A stretch of DNA of 62,988 bases, the filler included, from Choristocarpus tenellus KU-1152 (taxonomy: Eukaryota > Protista > Phaeophyceae), in NCBI GenBank assembly GCA_964200185.2. It is 11 parts of 11 records of this genome, joined end to end, with 100 filler letters (N's around TTAATTAATTAA, not from the genome) between each part and the next. Parts side by side here need not be neighbours in the genome. Positions count along the whole stretch, not along the records: positions 1 to 5,147 come from CAXNAD020011717.1; positions 5,248 to 14,005 come from CAXNAD020004360.1; 9 more parts are not named here. The stretch is one strand, 5' to 3'. A program made the translations under genes and the position numbers. Positions 1 through 10,600 of the stretch are shown here, piece after piece. Position 1 is the stretch's first letter. Each line of letters opens with the position of its first letter. The notes beneath the pieces are model-generated. The model made no database searches and was not told the origin of the DNA. It saw only the letters and a list, made by a program, of their open reading frames with translations.

Positions 1-114
1 CCCTTTCCCCCCTGCCCCTCCCCCTCCCCCTCCCCCTCCCCCTCCCAAAAAATCCAATCTGATCCAACCCCATCAATGTTCCTAATGACCAATCCGTGGC
101 GAACCTCTTTTCAG

Positions 115-2939
115 CGGCCAAGTCTGGTCACAAGCGAACTCACACTGAGATAAGTAGGGATTGTGAGGAGCTTAGTGATGAGGAGGGGGGAGAGAGCCTG
201 GCCTTTGCCGTCACAGCAGAGCAACTCGAGGGGTATAGGAAGCGGAGGAAGGCTACTTTGGAAGAGAGGTAGGATGTGAACGTGCTATAAGCGCTTTTTG
301 GTGTGTGGTGGTGTGGGTGACTGACCGATGTGTTGGTTGTTGCACTTGGTTGAAAGAGATTGATCTTGTGCAGTGTGTTTTTCTTTTTTATATACTATTT
401 TGTTTGTTGTGGTAAGGGGATTAGAGTTGAGTTGAGTTGAGTTGGGTTTGGTTGTTTGTGGAAGGCGTGCGGGGGTTTTGTGTTTGTGAAGTTGAGTGAC
501 TGTTTTTGAGTGTCTCTTTGAGTGTAGATATATAGGTTGAAGTAGTGGGCAATACATTTTTTTTTTTGGTCGTGATATATATATTATATATTATATATAT
601 ATATGTTTTTGATGTATTGGTAGTAGTGAAGTGTAGTTGTACACTATTTAAGTAAAGTATAGTAGGCGATCTTGTTTTGGGTTTGATGTGTTTACAGCAA
701 GGATCTCTGTTTGGCTACTTAGTAATAGTGCATTTACTTGGTTTTTTATGTGTACATTGTGGAATAGTTTGTGGAATAGTGTTACTTTCCTTTGGTGAGC
801 ATCAGTTCAAACAGTTTCCATGGATGAGGGAAAATACTGGATCAGGAAAGCGTGTGTCTCACAGTTTTGCAGCTGGCAGTGTGGAATAGGTAGGCTTAAG
901 TTGGGTTTGACTGAGGTTTCTTAGGGTATACCTCATCGTGTGCATTCTTTGTCTGCCATGGAAACTGTTTTGAAATCTTGCTAGCAGAGGAAATATTGAA
1001 AAGGAGCAATGTACGTAGGGTTAGGGTTAGGGTTAGGGTTTGACTGTTAATCTGTGGCCTAGTTTTGAAATTGCTTTTATTCAATACCCTGGTCTTTGGT
1101 TGTGCAGATGTGTTTCTAGTAATAATCTAGAAAATGTAAATGTTGGAGGTTGTTCTTTTTGTTGGCAGACCACTGGGCAAAATACAAAGTTTTTTCTACT
1201 TATTTTACATTGAGGGGTTATCGAGAGACAACATGCTTTGTTGGTCTGAATTTTGTTAATGACGGTGAAAGGTATACCCTAACCCTATAACCCTAACCCT
1301 AAATATCATTGATGAATTGTATCACAATAATACACTATTATCATACGATGGTTGTACCGTTCTGCCGTTTTTTTAATTTTTCAATCAACCGTTGTTTTTT
1401 TTCATACTGGAGGACAGTAGTGGGGTGGCGAAGATACATTTTCTTTATATATTAAAAAAAAAAGATTCACCTGTTTTGTTTTGTAAGTGGGGAAAGAGTT
1501 TTTCTCATCTTCTTGAACATTCCCTCCCCTCCCCTCCCCTCCGCCTTCCACCTTCCACCTCCCCCCGGATGCATGGTGTGTGCACAGATTAGAGAGTGTG
1601 ATTCGAGGAAGGGAGAAGTTTGAGCAGATGACGCACGCGGGAGGCCTGACCAATCAGGAGAAGAATAGAAAGAAGAATTTTCTCATGGTCCGCAAGGGGA
1701 GGGCAATGCACTCCAAGACGAAGCGTGCTGCTAAGCAGGTCTGTCTGTCCGTCCATCCATCCGTCCGCCCGTGGCTTGTCGCTCTGACGATCTCTTTTTC
1801 TTTCTTCAATTATTTTTTTGTTTGTGTGTTTGTTGTAGATGTCCCTCTCTCAGGTGCATCGAAGTCAATCAGTATCTATTTTGGTGTAAGGTGGGTGTGG
1901 ACAGAAGGAATGGTCTCATCTCTGCAGAGCCGTTTATTGTTGTCCACTTTGCTCTTAAATTAACTGGATTGATATGGCATGTTTTTATGTCTTCTCCCTG
2001 ATCCGGTATAGGCACATACTATGTGTATGTATATAGAATGTAGTTGTGTTGCGCAGTGCTGGGTTTACATACATAGAACAGAATGCATTTTCTTTGGATG
2101 ACTGATGTTACGGTTGTTTGTTGTAATTGGGTTGAACTTGTTTGGCATTTTATTACATTATTAGGTAATGTTCTCTGTGAGAGACCCTTGATGGTTACTT
2201 CAAAGCATGGGTTCACTACTTTAGCACCTTATCTCTGTGTGTTTTGTAGAGCACAATGCACACGCATCAACCATGTGCTGGCGCTACCCGAGACCTAGAA
2301 CAGGAGCTCTCACTCACCTCTGGTAATAATTCAACCCACATAATCACGGCATTGTGTGTATCCTTATGTTGGCAATGTGTATCAAATCAGAAACTGCGTA
2401 TGATGCTATGCACCCAATATGCTTGGTGTACTATACATAAATACCGATGCAATGTTCATTTACAGTTACACATTCTGTTTCAGTGAGAACGGATTGCTGT
2501 GATGGAAGTGAAGTCCGCTTGTGTCTGGTGTATTCTCAATTGTATTGAGTAAAAGTAATCGGGAGGTGCCCAGGTGTTGACCGTTTTTGCATTTCAAGCC
2601 AGTTTCTCAATTTTTTGCAATTCACATATACTTCTGGGGATAAAGTACTAAGTTTGGCTTGAAAGAGTTTGTTTCTCTACTATTTGAGATTATTTTTCGA
2701 ATCAGTTCAGAAAGTATCCTACGTGCATTTGTAACCCCCCTCCCCCCAAATTTTGTACGTGTTTGTTAGCATCCTTAAAAGTGCAACTCTGGGTACCTCT
2801 CGCTTACTTTGGCTCATTGAAGTGCTAATCTCATGGTCAACGGATTATTGCACGAAACGTCTGCCAGGTTATGCACAAGAAGCGCAGTCAAATGAAGACA
2901 CAACTCAAACGGGACAAGCGGAAGAAGCGTCGCACGTGA
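115..2939 (+). CDS. SDA1: SDA1 homolog (60S ribosome biogenesis factor), last three exons; 5' part lies outside the contig
   Basis: Exons 115-268, 1588-1738 and 2868-2939 have GT-AG borders with matching phases. The spliced peptide ...EQLEGYRKRRKATLEERLESVIRGREKFEQMTHAGGLTNQEKNRKKNFLMVRKG...VMHKKRSQMKTQLKRDKRKKRRT* fits the SDA1 C-terminal motifs (EERLxSV..GR; GGxTNxEKxRKKNFxM). Confidence 0.85.
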
Positions 2940-3326
2940 TGAAGACCTTGACTGCTGGCGTTGGGGAACTGTTTTCAGTATCCTCGGAAAATAGTCACTT
3001 TTTTTTTCTCTTTTCATTCGGCCTTTGGCGACGCGATGTTTGGGAACATCTACAATCGCATCTTATTTTTTTAATTCCATCAAAGAATCAAATTATGCAG
3101 GTGTATTTGTGTTGTGTGAATGGTTTTCATTTTACCTTATTGATAAGGAGAGTGCTTATGAAGAGACAACTTTTTTGCACCAACAAGAATTTTCTTTACT
3201 CAACTTAGAAGAGCCTTTTTTGGAAAAGAGGGAGGCATATACACATACGCACGCGCACACGCACGCACACACACCGCTCATTCTTTATTGCGCCTATCTC
3301 TACATAAGGCGGGCAGATGTACCCTA

Positions 3327-5060
3327 ACAGGTTTCACTTACCCAGTTTGCCAAAATGATTGATTCTCAAATTGAGAATGAAGATTGATAGCTAGGGACAC
3401 ACCAGCGGCGAAAAAAAAGTTGGATAATAATATTTTGCAGCTAGCGGTCGTTTCACCAGCCTATTCGAAAAGAGATATATCAGCACCCAACTTGAGTATC
3501 AAGATCAGATTGTAGGCACACGCAGGCAGTTAGCACCTGTTAGATACACTGTTTCGCAGGTATTGGTCGGTTTGCCCACCCAATTTGCACAAAATTATTA
3601 ACTCACAACTTGCTCAAGAACATTGGCACCTAGACACATACTGACACATAGAAGAACTTTTGGTATATACAATAGGACCTGTTGGTCATCGCGCCTGACT
3701 TACTTGTACGAAGATATCAACATCGGACTTCAGGAGGTTCCTTAGCAACTAGGCACGCATAGAAAGGCAATTTCAAAACCGTTAGATACGCAAATTTGCA
3801 GGATTGTTCGATTACGACCCAATTTGAATGAAGATACCAATGCACGAGTAGGGTACCGTCATGGATTCTAGAACACAATGAAGGTTACATATTTGTTCCA
3901 ATATACTTTCAAGAAGCTACTTTATTTTCCCTGCCCAATAATTGCACAAAAATTAACACGACTCTTTTGGATCATCAGCAGGTAGTTACACACCACCAGC
4001 AGTTCATCTCTGACAAATGGGCTTCTTTGGTTGGTGTTACTGGTCACATAACCTGCCTTATTTACATCAAAATGTCACCACACAACTTCTGGAGAACCGC
4101 TTCCAGTAGGGTATACATTGGTAGTTACAAAATTGTTACGTATACTTTCTTCCAGCTTTGCCCGTTTCACCGCCCTATTTGTACGAAGATATCAAAACAC
4201 AACTTCAGCAGCAACATTGGGACCTACTTACACAACGACACTTACCAAAACGTTGGTGTACTCTGCAGCAGCTCCTGACCATCTCATTTCCCCTATTTGA
4301 CACAAACATTTCAACACGGTTTCAGGAGAATCATTGTTACCTAGCCACGCACTGGCACTTACAAAACCGTCATTCTTAATAATACGAGTGGTCGTATTAC
4401 CTGGCCTAATTTGCTCAAAGGTATAGACATGACTTGGGAAGCAAAATTGTCACCTAGAGACACACTACTGGCAGTTACAATACCGCTAGACACATTTCTT
4501 GAGAAATATCTGCGTTTTTGTAACTCCTGGCGTTCACCGATCTCTCAATGACGCTACTGAAGTCGTTTGTTGAAATATTGTGCATACTGGGCTAATGAAA
4601 CAATCAGAATAGCTGCTAGAAATAATATTTCACGGTTTTGTAACATCTAGTCTGTGCCTCGCTGCTATGATGTCCATAAAGTTGTGTTCTGACATCTTTT
4701 TGCGAATACGGGAGAGAAACGAACACTCCATGTTCAGTTGCTATTTAGCAGGTTTGTAACAGTGTGTGCCTCGCTGCAAAGGATTCCCATCAAGATGTGT
4801 GTTGATAATTTCGAGCAAATTATGGAATAGACTTACATGTAACGGTTTTATAGATATCAGTGTGTTCCTGGGTGCCAATGAAGCTCAAAAAATCATGTTT
4901 TTGCATTTTTATAGAGTAAGACAGGAGAAACGACCACTCACTGTTATGTTGCGTATTTTACAGGTTAGTAACAGCCAGTACGTGTCAACCAGTCAAAGAT
5001 TTGTTTTAGGTCGCGTCTTGATGTCTTCGAGCAAATTGGACAGGACCAGCCCCTCTAAAT
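3327..5060. repeat. Highly diverged ~117-bp unit array: about 10 forward units, then about 5 inverted units
   Basis: An anchor resembling gcagttacaaaaccgttag recurs near 3410, 3530, 3650, 3770, 3885, 4000, 4122, 4240, 4357 and 4472. Its reverse complement (cggttttgtaac-like) recurs near 4513, 4633, 4750, 4842 and 4960. Confidence 0.8.
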
Positions 5061-5147
5061 AGAACGTACAAATACGTAATAGACTACTGGCAGTATGTTC
5101 GATTAGACTCTTCCAACTCTATCGGACAGTTACAGTAAATATGTATG

Positions 5148-5247
5148 NNNNNNNNNNNNNNNNNNNNNNNNNNNNNNNNNNNNNNNNNNNNTTAATTAAT
5201 TAANNNNNNNNNNNNNNNNNNNNNNNNNNNNNNNNNNNNNNNNNNNN
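5148..5247. other. Artificial contig-joining spacer (first of ten)
   Basis: N44-TTAATTAATTAA-N44, which puts stops in all six frames. Identical spacers at 14006-14105, 19085-19184, 34386-34485, 37058-37157, 41046-41145, 43811-43910, 47853-47952, 54786-54885 and 58730-58829. Confidence 0.98.
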
Positions 5248-5381
5248 GAGATAAAACGATATCGAGAGGAGGCCTGCGAGAGCAAAGGGAGAAATGTATC
5301 AAAAAGACAACGAAAGACTCCCCCCCCCTCCCCCCCCCGTGTGGAGATATGAAGGGCAACGATATCAGAGAAAAGTCTCAC

Positions 5382-6846
5382 CGCTCCTCTCCCATACACT
5401 GTTCCATCCCGCACTGCCCCAGACCAAGGCTCCTCTTCCCAACCCGAGTACTTTGGTTGGTCATTTGCGTCTTGAGGTGAGTTCTTGGCATCGGGTGTGA
5501 CTGGAACCACATCCACATGGCCGGGACCAAGCATAATACGAGGAGAGCCAGACCCGTAGCTTGCTGCCCACATACACGATCGTGAGACAAGGATAATGGA
5601 GCAAGGGATTTCATGACGGTTTTTGAGGGGGTGCAAACGAGACTTCTGAGCGGATTGGATCGTGTGATTGGAATCGTAGAGTTAAGCTCAAGACAGCAAC
5701 CATTGAGCCTTAGGGCAAAATTCTTTGCTGAGAAAAAGATCGCAAACATATAGGTGGCTCAGTGATGCCGACCTCGAATGTACTGTCCTATATTGGGTGC
5801 CTAATGTATTATTGCACAGAGGTCCCCCAATGGGATTGTTGTCCTGATCTGAGATGAGGAGGGCACAACGCCTATTACCCCTTGATTGATACTTTTTTAG
5901 TGGGAGCTTCATCGTGTCTCCATCGTGTCTGAGGAGCACAGAACTTAGAGGTAGCTCGATACATGGCCATTCATCAGAATAGTGCAGACAAAGGCCTCCG
6001 ACATTCTCTAACAAATTCAAACTCAATGAACCACAAAAACAGACAATTCTTCTTACATATGAGGTTCAAACGGTCTGGTCGTTCTGGACGCGCATGAGTC
6101 TCTGCCTCCAAGCCGTAAGTCTTCAGGTATTCCTTAAGCAACAGAATACTTGGCCTCTCCTTGCATTTTCCATCTCCAAAGTTCTCGCACCGGTTACGGA
6201 TCATTGACTGAATCCAGGGATGGTGTAAGCGCGATAAACTTTCAGTGAAAAAATCGTGGAATGATTCTGTAGTCCCATGCCTTCGAGTCTAAACAAAGGC
6301 AAATGTGCACTGTTACCACTTCTTCCTTTCCCATGACTCCAAGATGAGATAACTTAGAGGGCAAAAATCGTTGAATGATTCGATAGTCTCACGCCTTCGG
6401 ATCGAGTCAAAGGCACATGTGCACTGTAATCACTTCTTCCTTTCCCGTGACTCCAAGATGAGATAACTTAGAGGGAAAAAATCGTCGAATGATTCAATAG
6501 TCCCATGCCTTCAGATCGAGTCAAAGGCACATGTGCACTGTAACCACTTCTGCCTTTCCAATGCTTCCAAGATGAGATTGACGACACCCAAGGATCATTC
6601 CTGCCTGCTATCTGTATACCGGTACGAAAATCTACACATGTTTAACGCAAGCATTTGGCAAGCATGAAAGCCAGGAATCATGGAAGAGATGCTTTCTCCT
6701 GTGTCAGAGTAGCCCCAACAACGCAGCAATGGATGCACCTGCAACAAGCTGAGGACCTCCCCTCTCGCCTTCGCAGGGTCTGGCAATGCGAAAGACAAAG
6801 CTTCCACGCTAGTGATATCATCGTAGGAGACCTCATGCTCCGTCAT
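5382..6846 (-). CDS. M20/M25/M40-family metallopeptidase (ArgE/DapE-like), first three recognisable exons; 3' part cut by the contig edge
   Basis: Exons 6846-6739, 6207-6057 and 5563-5382 have GT-AG borders and compatible phases. Peptide: MTEHE...EVLSLLQ|SMIRNRCENFGDGKCKERPSILLLKEYLKTYGLEAETHARPERPDRLNLIS|SYGSGSPRIMLGPGHVDVVP...WEEEPWSGAVRDGTVYGRGA. GHxDVVP and DGxxYGRGA are M20 hallmarks. A further upstream exon cannot be excluded. Confidence 0.85.
6247..6578. repeat. Three tandem 114-bp units inside an M20 intron
   Basis: Units start at about 6247, 6361 and 6475 (aaaaatcgtNgaatgattc...aaaggcaMatgtgcactgt...ccaagatgagat). Confidence 0.9.
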
Positions 6847-7636
6847 CGAGCTTGCAACACAAACACCCAGCCTCCTGTGTAAGTGTGAAGGAACGTCTGT
6901 ATTACTTGTCCTGTTTTAAAAAAATGTTAAAAGGCAACTTGGGTGAAGTGTTCAACGAAGATTTGGAGGCATTATTTTTCCATTTAACCAATCAAAGTAC
7001 ATGAGATCTCTGACGTAGTCATGGCACCAACTCACGAAGAAAAAAGACAAGGAGGACAATATTGTGCGTACATCCCCTGTGTTGGACATTACAATAATCT
7101 CGTGGGGCCACAGCTTGTGGAGAATAGAGCTGGTAAAGGAACGGCTGTTATTCTGGGAAATTCAGTCTTGGAAGGTTGCACGCGTCCACTGCACCAACCG
7201 CAGAGCGCAGAGAGCTTCACAACTTAGTTCTTGCTTTTTGCAAGACTTTTTTGGAGAATGCCTCCCCAGTCAGAGTTTCGGGTTGCTGGTGAGGAAGGCA
7301 TCAACGGTAGTACGCTTGGAAACTCGTGGTATCATCCCATGCGATCTCTTGATAGAATGCTCTTGAGATATGCTTGAGTTGAGAGTTTCAAGGAATACCG
7401 ATTAGAGACCATTAGGTCCACGTCAAACTCGACTTAGACAGAGCCCCCCTTTCTTTTCCGTGTCTCCTTACTTCTCCAGATAGGTATACTGCATTCCTCT
7501 TTTCGATGTTGATGATGGACTAATCAAGTTGTCTATTTACCCCGTTGTCGCCCCGACCATATAAATTCTTCACCCTATTGTCCTTTTCTAAGATGATGGC
7601 CTTCGTCACAGGGGGAGCGCCAAGCTCCCTGAGACC

Positions 7637-10600
7637 ATGTCGGTTGAAGAGACTTCGGGTGGAAAGTACACGTGGCAGGTGGGTTTGGATTTTGTTACAT
7701 CTCACTACTATTTCCTTTGCTTCCACCATGACTTGAGTTGACATTTGGGTTCCTCAACAGAGCAATACCTGGACATAACCATTGTCCCTTTAGTTGGCAT
7801 CACCAGGCCTTTCTCAGATTTTTTTGGTTGCCCTTTACTATAACGCACTTTTTCCAAGATTTAGGTGTGACTGGCATTGCCAATGGAGGGAAGCGGTTAG
7901 TCTCGTGAAGGCGACGCCCGATTGAATCACTTACTCACTCAAACCGTAGCCAATTATCCAAGAAACTGAAAGATTCGCTAGCATACAACCAGACTCGTGG
8001 CACAGTTGAATACATTTCGAAGAAGAGAGTGTGGCAAATTACCTTTGGAGTTGCACGTTTCGGCTTCAACACTTACAAATAGCTTGGTGTCGATTCGCCC
8101 AAATCATTTGTTGAAAGGGATAGGTCTCCACCGGGATCATGTACCAAGCATGGTATAGAATTGCTGTCTGCTCCTCACTGTAAGACTCACATAATTTGCT
8201 CTGATTGGTCCTGTTATTTTGTTGCTTGACTGTGTGTGCTGCTTCTTGCAGGAGGTCGCGAAACACAACTCCGCTAAGAGTGCCTGGGTGGTAGTAGACG
8301 ATAAGGTCTATGACATCACTGGTGAGAAAACGAAAAAAAACGCTGGTTTTGTAGCCGTTGTGAGCCTAATATATCTCCCTTCTGAGCAGCGACAGTTTGG
8401 GGTGAGTTCATTTACAGGCGTACCATCTTTCTGTTTGGTCTTGCTGTGGACATACCTCACAATAGCAGCAATTTTCTTGTGATGCAACAAGGTCTTGTTT
8501 TGTCCATGAGTAAGCTCAGTGCACTATCTCAATGCAGCTGTACAGCACTGCACATGATGGCGGCAAAGGTCATTCCATTCCAACTGAAGTTTGAGGCTTA
8601 CGCTATCTGAGTTGGGATTGTGTACCATAGTTTGCGCAGTTGCATGGGTGATTTTTCCTTCCTGATTATAGTCACGCTTTGGCCGAGGCAAGATTGTGTT
8701 GTTGTCGATATTTTCAGCATCTCTTTCCTGTTCTAAACCGGTCGATCCTTTTTTGACATCGATTCTTTTTTATTTTTTGAACTCTAATTGTTTAAGTTTT
8801 ACAATGAAGTACTTTTCTGTTTTTGACCTGCTTCACTATTCCTTAAACTAGAATACCCCCCCCCCACACACACACACACACACAAAGGTCCTCTTTGATC
8901 AAGGATGTTCTGTTGGTACTCGAGATGCGTTTGGCTACAACTGACACCAAAAGCATTACGTGTGTCATCTTCACCTAACAAGTAGTGGGGTTCCCGCAAC
9001 AGCAATTCACGCAGAGAACCCTCCTTCCTGTATTTCATTAGTGTGATCCTTTACAGTCGTGGCATTTGGTTTGAGAAATAATGCCTTCCGTGTACTAGGA
9101 AAGCAGGTCCTCTACTGCCAGGCGCTTGCACAGAGTGCTCAGTCACCGAGAGCATAGTACTCAACCAGGTTGTACTCTTGTTCCAAGTTCGGCTCTGCAC
9201 TCCCCCGTTTCATTTGTATTTTTTTGCTGATGAATATCTGTGCGATTTTTGAACACTGTCGCTAACAATCTCCCTAACCCTTGTTCACAAACACACATGC
9301 TAAAAATATAGATTTTGTCAAGAGCCATCCAGGGGGGTCAGAGGTCGTCCTCCTGATGGCTGGAAGAGATGCCACGGATGCCTTTGCATCATACCATCCC
9401 TTCACGGACAAGCCTCGCAAGGTGAACATCTGGCTGGCACACACACACACACACACAAACATGCACACCATGTTTTTTAGGACTGAGTAGAAACCCGTTG
9501 AGTTGTTTGTCCTCCTTCACCGCTGATGGAAACAATGCAGTGGCCGCTGCTTCCACCTGTGCAAATAAAGAAAAATATATATAATGATTTTATTCATTTT
9601 ACTCTCTTGATTGTCATAGTTTCATATTTTGTTGTTTATCTTGGGTTAGGTCCGTGGTGATGTATCAAGCTCATTCAACATGTATGCCAATGTTTTGGGG
9701 GGGGGGAATCTGAAGGTTTTCAGAAGCAGTGTCTGCTTCAATAGGATGGCCTGTATGCTTCCAACTTGAAACTTTCATCATTTGCCTTCTGATCTGAAGC
9801 TTTATTTTAAAGGAGTGCACCTATGGAAGGCGTTACATTGTCAGGTCAAATGATTGTATAATGTGACTGCATTCCCTGGATCACCCTGTACACATGACAG
9901 CTCATCTCATCTTATCTCATCCGACGGCACTCTTGTGGTTATGTTGATGGGGTTGTTTCTGTTTCATTGTATGAAAAACTGACAGCTCCCGGTGTGTTTG
10001 GTTGCATCCTCTCGTCCCTAACCCTAACCCTAAAGGATTGAGGTTTTTGTACTTACTTTGTTATTAGGGTTTGGGTTGGGGATAGCATGTAACTCTCTTT
10101 TTTGTCATTTTTGCTGCCCTTACCTGGACTGTCCACCTGTTTGTTTTGCCTGTTGCTTGGTACTCAGATGCTGCCAAAGTTTGAAATAGGCACATTGACT
10201 ACAAGGGAGTTTTCTCCATACAAGCCAGACACAGGGATGTACAAGGAGTGCTGCAAGAGGGTTGGCAAGGTGAGCTACTCCACTCTAACGATTGATGCTA
10301 GTGATAAACTACTGCTGAAAAACCACATTCCAGGCATGGCTTGCCACATTACTATTTGTAGGGTTAGGGTTAGTACCCCAGCACAAACTCTCACTCTACA
10401 GCACTGATGGCATGACTTGCCTATTGACTCAAGCAAGAGTTGAGTGACATATCCACTGCTTTATTGCAGCTTCCTCCTCCTCCCCCCCTACATCCAGGTT
10501 CTTTCTGTGCTGTCCACCCTTTGAAAGTCTTGTCCACTTTTTATCTCCTCTCCCATCACCAACGACCTTGCTCACCCTCCACTACCTCGCCGCTGTCAGT

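Noticed and set aside
7021-7227. ORF starting MAPT as the desaturase first exon
   Set aside because: Exon 7637-7678 supplies KYTWQ in phase with EVAKHN and has a good start context.
5690-7400. DIRS/Ngaro tyrosine recombinase remnant (LLKEYL, NDP-like pieces)
   Set aside because: The same segments splice cleanly into the M20 peptidase, which explains them better.
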